Positions 33,201 to 44,373 of a stretch of 64,000 nucleotides of DNA are shown here, one piece after another (within the stretch, counting starts at the first letter, position 1; each line of letters begins with the position of its first letter). The DNA comes from Blastocladiella emersonii ATCC 22665. Lineage: Eukaryota; Fungi; Blastocladiomycota. The DNA is taken from assembly GCA_025594325.1 (NCBI GenBank), contig JANHCV010000010.1:62001-126000 (forward strand). Reading direction: 5' to 3'. The translations under genes and the position numbers were made by a program. Under the pieces are notes generated by a model. That model saw nothing but the letters and a program-made list of their open reading frames with translations. It made no database searches and was not told the DNA's origin.

Positions 33201-34493
33201 GGCGTACTTGGAGAACTGGCCGTCGCCGACGTTGTCGCGCATGACCTTGAGGTTGGACTGGAGGAGCGACAGGCCGAGCGAGTCGACGGGTTTCGCGGCG
33301 GGCAGCTGGATCTGGTCGGCGTACAGCTTGACCTCGCGGCGCGCCTGCTGCACCTCCGCGAGCTCGCGCTTCACGTCGTCGACCGAGTGGGTGGTCTTGC
33401 TGGCGGCGGCGGCCGAGGCGGCGCGGTTCGACTCCTGCTCGGCGCGCAGCACCTCGGCGAGCGTCGACTCGGACGCGAACACGGCGTCGGGGTCGGCGTG
33501 CTTGTCGACGGCCGTGGACAGCGGCTGGAGGCCGGCAATCGACAGCACCGACTGCCAGGCCGGGGCGAGGTCGGCGTCGAGGTCGCCGTTGAGGTACGGG
33601 TGGGTGAGGATCTGGTCGAAGCGCTCGCGGACAAAGGCGTCGGTGCGCGTTGCATTGAGCACGCTCGAGGTGGCGGCGCCTGCCTTGGTGGCGGTCGCGG
33701 TGGTGGTCGTCGCCTTGGCGGCCTTGCGCTTAGCGGCGAGCTCGCGGCGCTTGGCCTCGGCGAGCTCCGAGGTGGTCGGGCCGACGCTGCGTGCCTCGGA
33801 CAGGTAGAGGACGGCGAGGGTGAGCTCCTCGGCACGCAGCAGGCCGCGCAGGAGCAGGGCAAAGGACGAGGCGTCGGGCTCGACGTTGGCCTTGCGCATG
33901 GACAGGAACCACTCGAGGCCCTTCTTGGCGGCGGCCTTGTTGACGATAGGCGCCGGGTGGTTGGGATCGTCGGGGTGCGTGCGGACACGCTCCATCCAGC
34001 CCTCGACAAAGATGTTGTAGACGTTGGCGTCCATGATCTGGCGCATCTCGGCGGGGTTGCGCGAGACGAGCTGGACGTAGATGCGCTCGGCGCGGTCCAT
34101 GTCGCCGCCCTGGACCAGCGCGTACAGCACGGCGAGGTACTCTTGCAGCGCCATGAGCGAGTACGGGTGGCCGGCCTGCTTGACGCGGCTGCCCGTCGGG
34201 AGTAGCGGCGGCAGGATGATGGGGTCGAGCAGCGTGGTCGCGGCGAGCGGGGACGGCGGCAGCTGCGATGCGGCGCTGGGCGCCTTGGAGGCCTCGATGG
34301 CGGCAGCGATGGTCGCGGCATCGGGCATGGGCGAAGCGGCGGCCGGTGATGGCGGAGCGACCGTCGCCGTCGCAGTCGACTCGAAGCGGCGCGACACGGC
34401 GGCCGCGGGGACGTGCGGCAGCAGCGGGCGCCTGGAGCCGAGCAGCAGCGCCGCGCGGTCGACGCGGCGGGCGCCAATCAGGCGGGCGAGCAT
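30281..34493 (-). CDS. RPO41: Mitochondrial DNA-directed RNA polymerase (T3/T7-type)
   Basis: Arg-rich presequence, PPR-like region, MDFRGRAYP, PIHQDGTCNGLQHYA, RKIVKQTVMTNVYG, SVHDSYWTH; intron 31787-31856. Confidence 0.97.
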
Positions 34494-34856
34494 CGTGATG
34501 GCAGTGGTGGGTGGTGGTCGATGGGTAGCGGGTCGCGCTCAGCGGCGGGGAGTCGTTAATGCGTAGAGATTCGTTGCAGGGAGGTGGGTGGTGGTGCGGC
34601 GAAGCAGGAGTCGCCCACACGTCGTCGTGGTCCAGGTCGTGGTCCAGGTCGTGGTCGATGGCCGGCAAAGGGGGACCGCGGGGCGGAGACACACTCGGGG
34701 GCCGCGAGACACGGGGCGCGCGTGTTGATCGGCCCGTCACGTGCGCCGGCGCGCGACGTTGCTGGGGCGCCGCGCCACGCCGCGCCGATCTTCTCTCTCC
34801 GCTCTCGAGTCGTTGCTCTACCAAACACGCAGCTCATGGACTAGCACCCGCTCACG

Positions 34857-36043
34857 ATGCACGGCCGAAAGATCATCCACATGGACGCGGCGGCGGAGGC
34901 CGCCCGCAAGATCGTCATGCTCGAGCAGATCAAGGAGTACCGCGTCAAGCTCGACGAGTTCATGCGCCTGGTCCGTGTCCTTGCTGCGCCGTCGCCGTGG
35001 AACCCTCGATGCTCACACAAGAGTGTCTGCGTGTAGCGCGCGGCCAAGGACAGCTCCGAAACGGCACTCGCGTCCACGACCACCATGCTCTCGGCGTACC
35101 CGGACCACTACACGGCGTGGAACTACCGCCGCGAGCTGCTACCCGCCGTCTACTCGGGCGCCGCCCTCGCTCAGGCCCTGCAGTCGGACCTCGTGTGGCT
35201 GACCAAGACGGTCCAGCCCGCCAACCCCAAGAGCTACTGGGTCTGGAACCACCGCCGCTGGTGCCTCGACACCCTCGCCTCGCTCCTCACGGCTGCCTCT
35301 AAGGGCGACGACGTGGTCGCCATGTGGCGCAACGAGCTGCTCCTCGTCAACAAGTTCCTTGAGCTCGACGCGCGCAACTGTGCGGTTCTTCGCTCTGGAT
35401 CCCTTCGGCGGTACCCACTAACTCCCTCACTCGCGCTCACCCTCGTAGTCCACGCGTGGGGATACCGCCGCGAGGTCATCCACCACCTCGAGTCGCTCGG
35501 CGTCTTCCTGCAGGAGGCCGAGTGGGCCTTCACCGCGAGCAAGATTGCGCAAAACTTTTCAAACTACTCGGCCTGGCACTACCGCTCGCACCTGCTCCCC
35601 GAGTGGCTCGCCGCCAAGAACATCTCCTTCGACTCGGTCCTCGACGACGAGCTCGAGCTCCTCAACAACGCCTTCTTCACCGAGCCCAACGACCAGTCCT
35701 CGTGGCTCTACTTCCGCTGGATCATGGCCAAGGCCGCAAGGGAACTCGACGCCGACCGCGTCGCTGCCGCCATCGCGAGCCAGGTCGCCCTGCTCGACGA
35801 GCTGCTTGACATGGAGCCGACGTGCAAGTGTACGGCCTCTGTCGCACTCACTGCTCTCGCTCGAATGCAACTAACTCGCTCACTGCTCTAGGGATCATGA
35901 CGTGCCTTGTGTTCCTCCTGACCCTCGACCCGGCGCGCTCAGCGGAAAAGGCTGCCCGTGTCCAGTCCCTCGTCAGCAAGCTGCAGGAGATTGACCCGTT
36001 CCGGCGAGACTACTACGCCACCCTCTTGCTCTCTGATGCGTAA
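34857..36043 (+). CDS. BET4: Rab geranylgeranyltransferase (GGTase II) alpha subunit
   Basis: Starts MHG; PPTA repeats YTAWNYRR, SYWVWNHRRW, DARNFHAWGYRR, NFSNYSAWHYR, FTEPNDQSSWLY; ends IDPFRRDYY; introns 34971-35036, 35380-35448 and 35830-35891. Confidence 0.93.
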
Positions 36044-36227
36044 CTTTAACCTTGAATAGATAGACGTACGTGAACCATTCATGCACGGGAGCTCAGTCCT
36101 TGGCGTCTCCGTGCCGCCACGCGTCGCAGGACGCGATGTTCATCGGAACGGAGCGCCATCGCCTAGCTCGTTCTCTCTCCCACTGCGCCGCGATCCGCCC
36201 TGGACCACACCGCCCACACCTACTGCA

Positions 36228-39200
36228 ATGAACTACCCATGGAACACTCCAACAGCTGTCGACGACAGTCTGCCCTCGCGCCCGGCCTCGCCCTCGGCCG
36301 CCGACCTGGCCCCGCTCGCTGCCGAGGACGACGATGCGTGGCTGCCCCGCATGACCCGCGCCCTGTCCGAGGGCAACAACGCCGCCTTCCGCCCCGACGA
36401 CTTTCGCCACGGCAGCGAGGAGCTCTCGCTCGGCACCCCGCGCAGCAGCAGGTTCCCGCTCGTCCAGCTTTCGCGCGACAACGCTGCACTCAACGAGCTC
36501 ACCGTCAACTCGGTCGCGTCCAACCTCGCCCTCTTCGAGGATGACGGGACCAACCGACGACCCGTCTCGGCGCTGCTGCAGCGGGATACCATGGACAGCG
36601 GGTCGACGACAGGAGATCGACGACCGCTCATCGCGCCCGGTACGCCTGTTTCCTGGGTGCAGAGATCGTTTGAGCTGACCGAATCCTACAGATCCAGGCG
36701 CACGAGCAGGACAGCCGTGGAGCGCGCCACCATCGGTACTTTCTACTCCCTTCCTTTCACCAACTCGAGAGCCGCTGGCTCATCGAGACTGCGTGTAGCT
36801 CGGAATCATGGAGGGCGTGTTCCTGCCGTGCCTGCAGAACATTCTCAGCATCATCTTGTTTGTCCGGTTGCCGTGGATCGTCGGCATCGCAGGCGTCGGT
36901 GTGACGTTGGGCTACCTCGCCGTGGCCGTGGTCTGCGTACGCTTCCCTCTCGTCCGTTAATGCACCTCTCGTGCACTCACAATGGTCACCGTACTCAGAC
37001 CATGACGACGACGCTATCCATTTCGGCGCTCATTGCCAACGGCGTCAATGCTGGTACGCTTGATGTTCGACCATGGCCGGAAGCAAACTAACCTGCGATG
37101 AACAGCTGGCGGCGCGTATTATATGATCTCCCGCACGCTCGGCCGCGAGGTGGGCGGCAGCATCGGCATCCTCTACTACCTCAGCACAACCATTAGCGTC
37201 GCGATCGCGGTCCTTGGCGCCATGGAAGTCCTAGCGGTACTCGCTTTCGCAACGCGCCGTAATCCGCCCAGCTCACTGACCCGCCTCCACGCGCGATTAG
37301 GACCACGTAATCCCAACCGCCGCCCTCTTCGACGACCGGCGAACGTTTGGCCGCGTGTTTGGTTTTGCTGCTCTATGTGCGATTACCGCGGTGACGATGC
37401 TGCGGCTGCGCACGGTCCGTCCTCATCCTCTCTCCAACGGACGAAGTAGGAAGTAGAAACTGACCGAACTCAAGGTGTAGCTGTACCGGCTCGCGTCGGC
37501 CGTCATCCTGCTCACCCTCGCGTGTCTCGTCCTCGTCTTTGGCGGCCTGCTCGCGTCCAACCGGCTGCGCGGGTCGGTCCCGGGCATCGTCGGGATCCCA
37601 GGCGACCTCGGGGCCAACTTTGGCCCGCACTTCTCGTCCGACACCGGGCAGGCCTCAGACACGTCGTGGATCCGCCTATTCGCGCTCTTCTTCCCGTGCG
37701 TGACGGGTGTCATGGCCGGCGCCAACAAGTCGGGCCTCGTCGTCCGCCCATCGACCTCGATCCCGCGCGGCACCCTGGCAGCGATCGGAGTCTCGACGCT
37801 CGTCTACTTGGCCTTCATCCTCCTCCTGGGCGCGGTCGCCACGGGCGAGCTTCTGCGCAACCGCGACGCCGACCGGACCACGGGCCTCGTCTTTGCCCTC
37901 GTCGCGTGGCCGCACCCGGCCGTCGGGTACGCCGCGACTATCGCTGCCGCGCTCGGCGCCGCCCTGCAGTCAACGACAGGCGCGCAGCGTGTGCTCCGCG
38001 CAATGGCGCGTGATTCCATCCTGGGCCTCGACCGGCTGCTGCCGACCGATCCGACGGCGCCGAACCCGTGGTGGGGCGGGTTCCCGGCGCTCGTCACGTT
38101 CACCCTCTCCGCCGCCGCGATCCTCGTCGGCGACCTTGACCTCGTCGCGCCCGTCGTCACGCTCGCGTACCTGCTGACGTACTCGGGACTCAACGTCGCG
38201 ACGGCCGTCGCCGCATGGACGCGGCCGCCCGGGTGGCGCCCGACGTGGCCGTGGTACCACTGGGGCGCTTCCGTCCTCGGGTCCGCCGTGTGCGTCGCGT
38301 GCATGGCGCTGATCAACCCGTGGGCGTCGCTCGCGTCCGTCGCCGCCGTCGTTGCCATCTATCGCGCCGTCGAGATCCAGGGCGCTACGGGCCACTGGGG
38401 CGGCGAGGCGATCTGGGCGCTGCGCATGCAGGTCGCGCAGCGGAACCTCGTCGCCCTCGAGCGTATGCCGCCCGATGCGGCGCGCGGGACGTGGCGGCCG
38501 CAGCTGATTGCGTTCCTGTCGCCCGAGGATGATGATGACGAGGCGGAACATGCTGGCGAGAGTCCGCCCAGCGAGACCCGCATGGATCCGGATCACGCGG
38601 CGGTCGCCATCGGCCACGCGGCCACGGCGGCCGCGACTGCGCGCTCCGGCTCGCCGCCCGCGGCCTCGAGCGCGCGACACCTCGTCGCCTTCGTCGGCCA
38701 GCTCAAGAAGGGCGGCGGGCTCAGCCTCGTGTGCCGGTGCATCTGCGACTCGGTGTCGCACGCGACGCGGACACAGAGCGTGGCGCGCGAGACGGCGCGG
38801 CTGCGGCTGCTTCTCGCCGAGCAGCGCGTCGAGGCGCTGCCCGAAGTCCTCGTCTGTCGCTCGCTCGTCGACGGGATCACGTCCACGGTGCAGAGCGCGG
38901 GCGTCGGCGTGCTGCGGCCCAATACGGTGGTGCTCGGGTTCCCGACGCGGTCAAGGCAGCACGCGCGGCGGCGCGAGCAGGTGCACGAGTTTGTCGAGAT
39001 TGTGCGCAACGTGATCGCCCTCGACAAGGCGCTGCTGCTCGTCAAGGGCCTGACCGAATTCCCGCTCGGGTCCGAGGTCTGGAGCGACGCGGCGCCGCGG
39101 ATGTCCGGTACGATCGACGTATACTGGATAGTTCACGACGGCGGCATGATGGCGCTGCTGCCGTGGCTCCTCAAGCGGCACGCCGTGTGGCGCGGGTGCT

Positions 39201-39914
39201 GGCTGCGCATCTTCGCCGTCGCGCAGCTCACCGACAACTCGATCCTGATGCGCCAGCACCTCGTCGAGTCCCTCGACGCGCTCCGGATCGCGGCCGAGGC
39301 GCGCGTCCTCGAGCTCGGCGACCACGATATCTCCGAGTTCACGTACGAGAAGACGATGCGGCTCGAGGCAAGACAGATGCTCCTCGACCAGCTCGCGGCC
39401 GCGACCGCCGTCGAGCAGGGCGACGCGTCGGCGCCGGTTAGTCTCGGGCGACGGCGAAACCACGTATGTCTGGTTCTTCTCGTTTTACTGGTGGCTCTGA
39501 CCCCTGTCTCGTGTAGTCCAAGTCGGTCCTCACGCGGTCGGCCTCGTTCGCGATGCACCTGCCGTCGCCCGCGACGCGGCGCGCGCCGTACGTGTCCCTG
39601 GCCATCGCCACTCCACGCTTGACCACTAACACGTCCCGTGTAGCGACAAGCACCGCGTCGACTACATGAACACGTCGGTCAAGCTGAACTCGCTCATGCG
39701 CGAAAACTCGAGCGAGGCGGAGCTCGTGTTCTGCAACTTGCCCGCGCCCACGTCGCAGCAGACGGCCATCGACTGTACGACTCGGCACCACTGTCAAACA
39801 AACAGTTCCGCTGACTCTTGTGTCCGCGGTGTAGATATCGAGTACCTCGAGGCTCTCTGCGCCGGCCTTTCGCGCGTGGTGCTGGTCAAGGGGACCGGGC
39901 TCGAAGTCGTCTGA
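36228..39914 (+). CDS. SLC12 cation-chloride cotransporter (KCC/VHC1-like), multi-exon
   Basis: [100 protein letters not shown]; many short GT-AG introns. Confidence 0.93.
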
Positions 39915-40114
39915 GCGCGAGCGGGTGACCATGGCCATCGCCGCCGCTATGGTGGCCGAGCTCCGAGAGCCATGAGGAGGCGGGAATCATAGTATAAATC
40001 ATATTCGTATGTTGTTTTTTGTTGAGCAAAACGTTGTACAGTGCATGTTCGTGCGCATTCCCCCAGGTATCAAATCATCAAACCGCGCGTTCCCGTTCAC
40101 GACCCCGCGTGCAT

Positions 40115-42499
40115 CTATCGCACGTGGATGTGGCCGTGGCCCAGGATCGTGCGCCACGTCCGGCCCGACTCGGTGTCGGTGACGCACACCTCGAGCTCGA
40201 CGCGGCCAAAGTAGATGGAGATGCTGAGGTCGCGCTTGGTCCACGCGGTGCCGCTGCTGATTGACGACACAATCGAGTCGCGCGGGCTGCCGCCGGACCC
40301 GCCGTGGAAGTGGTGCGGGTGGTGGTGCGCGGCTGTTGGCCGGGCGTCGATGGTGACGCGGCCAAGAAACTCGCACCGGTCGCGGCGCGTGTGCAGCAGC
40401 GGGCTGGACGACGGGCTCGAGAACAAGTTGACGTCGGCGGTCCACGACCCGGGGCTCAGGCTGAAGTTGTGTTTGGAGTAGGACGCGGACAGCGACACCT
40501 GGTCGCCGCGCTTGATGAAGGCCTCGACGTACGTGTCGACGAGCCAGTGCGCCGGGTTGTGCGGCATGTCGGGCGACCGGTACACGACGTCGGTCTCGAG
40601 GTCGCGCCCCGCGTTGTACGGCCGCAGGATCTGCACCCCGATCGACCGCCGCGCGCGCCGCGACCGGATGCTGTCGCCGACGGCCGCGTACACGGCGCCG
40701 CGCAGCACCGCCACCTCGGGCGACGGGATCGACCGCACGCGGCGCACCAGTTGCTTGATCATGGCGTCGTCGGCGATCCGCTGCCGCAGGTACACCGAGT
40801 TGCCGAACCCGCCGACGACGAACATGTGCTCGAGGATCGGCGAGGACGGCGGCGTCGCAGACGTGGCCCCGACGAGCGACTGGACCTGGGCCTGGATGAG
40901 GCGGATGATTGAGTCGAGGACGGGGTCAAAGAAGCTGCGCATGAGGACCGGGTCGAGCTCGATGGTGCCGCCGGCAAGGGCCTCGGGGAGGTCGCCGTCG
41001 AGCGTGTCCTCGAGCTCGCGCAGGATGGCCTGCGGGACAAAGATCTCGTCGACGTGCGACTCCTTGCCCGTGAACGACCGCTTGCGGTACTCCCACTGCG
41101 ACAGCAGGTTGTTCCACGCGGCGGCGCACCGCGGCGCCTGCGACACGTTCTCGAGGCCGAGCGGCGTCATGAGGGTGCCGAGGTAGTTGAGGAACGCCAC
41201 GTCGACGTTGGCGGCACCGAAGAACCCGCCCTGGCCCATGGTCAGCTCGACGAGCTCGGGGACTGACGGGTTGGCGGCGCCAGGTGCGGGCGGCTGGTCC
41301 GAGAGGCGGCAGTGGAACAGGTCGACGGTACCGCCGCCGCAGTCGACGACGAGGAAGTCGGATCCGGGGCGTAGCTGCACGTCCGGGTCGTGCACGCACG
41401 CCATGCACGCGGCCTCGGGCTCGTAGCAGAAGACGAGGTTGGGCGAGCGCTCGGACGAGATGAGGCCGGCGCGGAACGCGGCGCGGCGCAGGCGCTGGTG
41501 CGACTCGGCGGACCAGTTGACGGGGACGGTCAGGCAGTACATGAGCTCGTCCTTGGTGATGTCGCCGCGCGATGGCGACACGCCCCACATGCGGTCGAGG
41601 TTCTGCATGCAGTACTGGTCGAGCTCGCGCAGGTAGTCGCGGATGATGTCGTCGGCGTCGAGGCCGTCGGGGATCACGGGCTTGAGGAAGTCCGGGGTGC
41701 TGGGCTCGAGGCACAGCTTGACGCGCTCGATCTTGTGCACCTTCATCGTGTTCTTCTTCATGGCGGTGAAGCCCCACGAGTCGAGCTGCAGGTCGGCCTT
41801 GGCGTAGCACGAGATGGTCGGGGTCTTGACGCCCGTGACGTTGGGCGGCTGGTCGGGCCAGCTCAGCGGCGTCACGGGCTGCAGCTTGGACGTGTCCTTT
41901 TGCATCTGCACGATGGCGAAGCCCGAGTACGTGGTGCCAAAGTCGAGCCCGACGCAGTACCGGATCTGTAGTTGTTCGGTGTTAGCGCTGGGGACGCGAG
42001 GCGGTGAGACTTGAGGGGACGAGCGTACCTTGGACATGTCCTGCGCAACGACCTCAGCGGCCATGGGCATGGCGGGCGCGACGGCGCTGTCTGGCCGGTC
42101 GCCGTGTCCGGCGCCGACGTTACTGGCCGTGTTGGTAGTGTAGGTGGAGGCGTAGGACCCGCGTCCGCGATTCGACGCGGCGATGCGGGCCGAGTCCATG
42201 GAGGGCCGCGCGCGGACCGAGCCCGCGTACGAGCCGTGGTACGAAGCGGCGTCGCTGTCTCCGGCGAGCGGCGACGCGACGTGGTGGTGGTTGCTGCGCG
42301 GCGGCGACGAGCGCGAGTTGGACGACGACGCCGACAATGACGCGGCGAGCGACGAGGTCATGGTGGTCACGACCATGCCCTCGGGCGTCGACGTGCGCTG
42401 GTGCACCTCGTGCATCAGCGGGCGGTTCTTGCCCGGCGGTGCGCCCGCGGCGGCGGCCGTCTTCTTCTTGCTCTTGCCGAGCCCAAACAGCTTGAGCAT
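40115..42499 (-). CDS. HSPA12-type atypical Hsp70
   Basis: VGLDFGTTYSGFA, YCLTVP, EPEAA, LVVDCGGGTVD, VGGFGNSVYL, AVLRGAV; probable in-frame 63-nt intron 41966-42028. Confidence 0.88.
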   Translation of the reverse strand: MLKLFGLGKSKKKTAAAAGAPPGKNRPLMHEVHQRTSTPEGMVVTTMTSSLAASLSASSSNSRSSPPRSNHHHVASPLAGDSDAASYHGSYAGSVRARPSMDSARIAASNRGRGSYASTYTTNTASNVGAGHGDRPDSAVAPAMPMAAEVVAQDMSKVRSSPQVSPPRVPSANTEQLQIRYCVGLDFGTTYSGFAIVQMQKDTSKLQPVTPLSWPDQPPNVTGVKTPTISCYAKADLQLDSWGFTAMKKNTMKVHKIERVKLCLEPSTPDFLKPVIPDGLDADDIIRDYLRELDQYCMQNLDRMWGVSPSRGDITKDELMYCLTVPVNWSAESHQRLRRAAFRAGLISSERSPNLVFCYEPEAACMACVHDPDVQLRPGSDFLVVDCGGGTVDLFHCRLSDQPPAPGAANPSVPELVELTMGQGGFFGAANVDVAFLNYLGTLMTPLGLENVSQAPRCAAAWNNLLSQWEYRKRSFTGKESHVDEIFVPQAILRELEDTLDGDLPEALAGGTIELDPVLMRSFFDPVLDSIIRLIQAQVQSLVGATSATPPSSPILEHMFVVGGFGNSVYLRQRIADDAMIKQLVRRVRSIPSPEVAVLRGAVYAAVGDSIRSRRARRSIGVQILRPYNAGRDLETDVVYRSPDMPHNPAHWLVDTYVEAFIKRGDQVSLSASYSKHNFSLSPGSWTADVNLFSSPSSSPLLHTRRDRCEFLGRVTIDARPTAAHHHPHHFHGGSGGSPRDSIVSSISSGTAWTKRDLSISIYFGRVELEVCVTDTESGRTWRTILGHGHIHVR

Positions 42500-43158
42500 G
42501 GCGGTAGCGGTGGCGGTGGCGGCGGCGGCGATGCGGGTAGTGGCGGTCGCGGTCGCGATGGATCAGAGACAGCGAGCGCGCGTCGATGGTGGCGGCGACC
42601 GATGGGCGCGAGACACAGAGGAGGGAAGCAGCGCTTGTCTCAGCCGAGCCCGGGGTGGCTCAGACACGAAGTGGGAGCCAGACGAGCAGGCGCGGCGATT
42701 GAGTTTGCCGATGGCGATGGACCCGCGCGGAGAGGGCGGCGGCGGCGTCGGTTCGGTTCCGGCGACGTCGGTGGCGGCACAGCGCGTGCCGGCGAGCACG
42801 GGTTGCGCGCTCCGGATGGGAGGACGGGGAGGGAAGGTGGGGAGCACGAGGGATCGACCGAGGCCCTCGCGCGGCGAGCTGGGTGTGGGGCGTCGATGTC
42901 GCGGCGGCGGCGTGCAAAGTGGGCCGGTGCAGGCGCGGCCGGCAGTAGCGAATACGTTGCAAGGAGTCGGGTGTGGGTGCGTAGCGGGGCATGGCCGCCG
43001 CGGTCGAGCTGGCCGGCGATGGAGGGTGCGGTGGCGGAGGGCCGGCTGCCGGCTGCGTCCCACGCCGGCGCCGTGGCCGCGGAAGCGCCGCAGCCCGCGG
43101 CCGTTTCGCTTCCATCGGTCGGCCGCGTCGCTCCGCTGCACCACTGGACCCGCCGACC

Positions 43159-44268
43159 ATGGAGCGATATTACCACCCGGTGCAGCCGCCCGACCCGCCA
43201 GCCGCGAACGGGGGTCCGCCGGCCGCCGTGGTGACCGCGCCGGCGCCAGGCGTCGCCGAGGACGCCTTTGCCGCGGACCTCGTGGCCGCCGAGCTCGACT
43301 GGACCGACTTTGTGACGCACCCGGCCGCGCCCAAGCTCGTCCATCGCGTGCGCCGCCATGATCCCGTGTCGGCCCCGCGTCAGTCCAAGGCATCGTCGTC
43401 GGCCTCGTCGCGCCGCGCGGGAACCCAGCGGAGCCATCGCTCGGCCCCGCCATCGTCTGCCGCGGCTGGCACGTCGAGTGCGTCGCGGCGGACCCACGCT
43501 GGCGTCGGTGATGTCGATGCGCTCGCCACCTCGCTCGCGTCCGCCCGCCTCGACGCTGCTGCTGTCGGACAGGCCGACGCCATCGACCCGGCCCTCGACA
43601 TGACCTCGCCCTCCTTTGATCCCGCGCGCGCCCTGGCCACGCCGACCGCGTCGCTCCCGCCCGACTTCTTCCCTGTCCGCAAGTTCCCGCTGTTCGACAA
43701 CCTCGCCCAGTTCACGAGCCTCGTGTGGAACCCTTCCTCCTCCTCTTCCCCTTCAACCGCACCCCCGCCTACGCCGGCCGCGGGCCCGTCGTCATACAGC
43801 ATGGACCTCGCCTGGCTCGCCGCCTCGGCCGCGTCCGCCGACTCGCCGACCGCCGCCGTGCGCGCGTGGCACGTGTGGCTGCGGCACGCGCACCGCGTGC
43901 ACGTCGGCTGGCACACGGACCGCCTGCGCCGGATCACGGCGCGCGCCGAGGCCGCGGCGGCCGACCGCGACACGGCGGCGCGCGAGGCACGGAAGGTCGC
44001 GGTCCTCAAGGCGCGCGAGGCGGCGCTCGCGCTCGGCCGCGCCGTCGAGTACTGGGACTGGGCCGGCCGCGAGTTCCCCGACTGGGCTGCCGCGCAGCCC
44101 AACAACCCGGCGCAGATCGCGGCGCACGCCGAGACGCTCGACGCGTGGACGGCCGAGGCCGCGGCGGCGGCCGCGGCGGCGGCCACCGCGTCGGCGCAGA
44201 AGAAGGCGGCCGTCGCGATTCCCTGGTCTCGCCGCGCGCGCGTGTCGCGGACTGGCGTAAAGTCGTAG
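43159..44268 (+). CDS. Protein carrying an LSM11-like N-terminal motif
   Basis: Codon-biased ORF. LDMTSPSFDPARAL..P..LPP...P...PLFDNLAQFTSL resembles the LSM11 N-terminus as recalled ([40 protein letters not shown]). No clear Sm2 motif. Confidence 0.6.
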   Translation: MERYYHPVQPPDPPAANGGPPAAVVTAPAPGVAEDAFAADLVAAELDWTDFVTHPAAPKLVHRVRRHDPVSAPRQSKASSSASSRRAGTQRSHRSAPPSSAAAGTSSASRRTHAGVGDVDALATSLASARLDAAAVGQADAIDPALDMTSPSFDPARALATPTASLPPDFFPVRKFPLFDNLAQFTSLVWNPSSSSSPSTAPPPTPAAGPSSYSMDLAWLAASAASADSPTAAVRAWHVWLRHAHRVHVGWHTDRLRRITARAEAAAADRDTAAREARKVAVLKAREAALALGRAVEYWDWAGREFPDWAAAQPNNPAQIAAHAETLDAWTAEAAAAAAAAATASAQKKAAVAIPWSRRARVSRTGVKS

Positions 44269-44373
44269 CAGATGTCGACGGAGAGACCCTCACTCACTCA
44301 AAGCAGCCATTCTCATGGCTATTACCAACCGAACATGATCCATTCTCTTGCACGCGCGCGTCCGAAACCCGCC

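Noticed and set aside
30281-34493. T7-like RNA polymerase as evidence of a phage or viral insertion
   Set aside because: It has a mitochondrial presequence, a spliceosomal intron and host codon usage, so it is the normal nuclear RPO41
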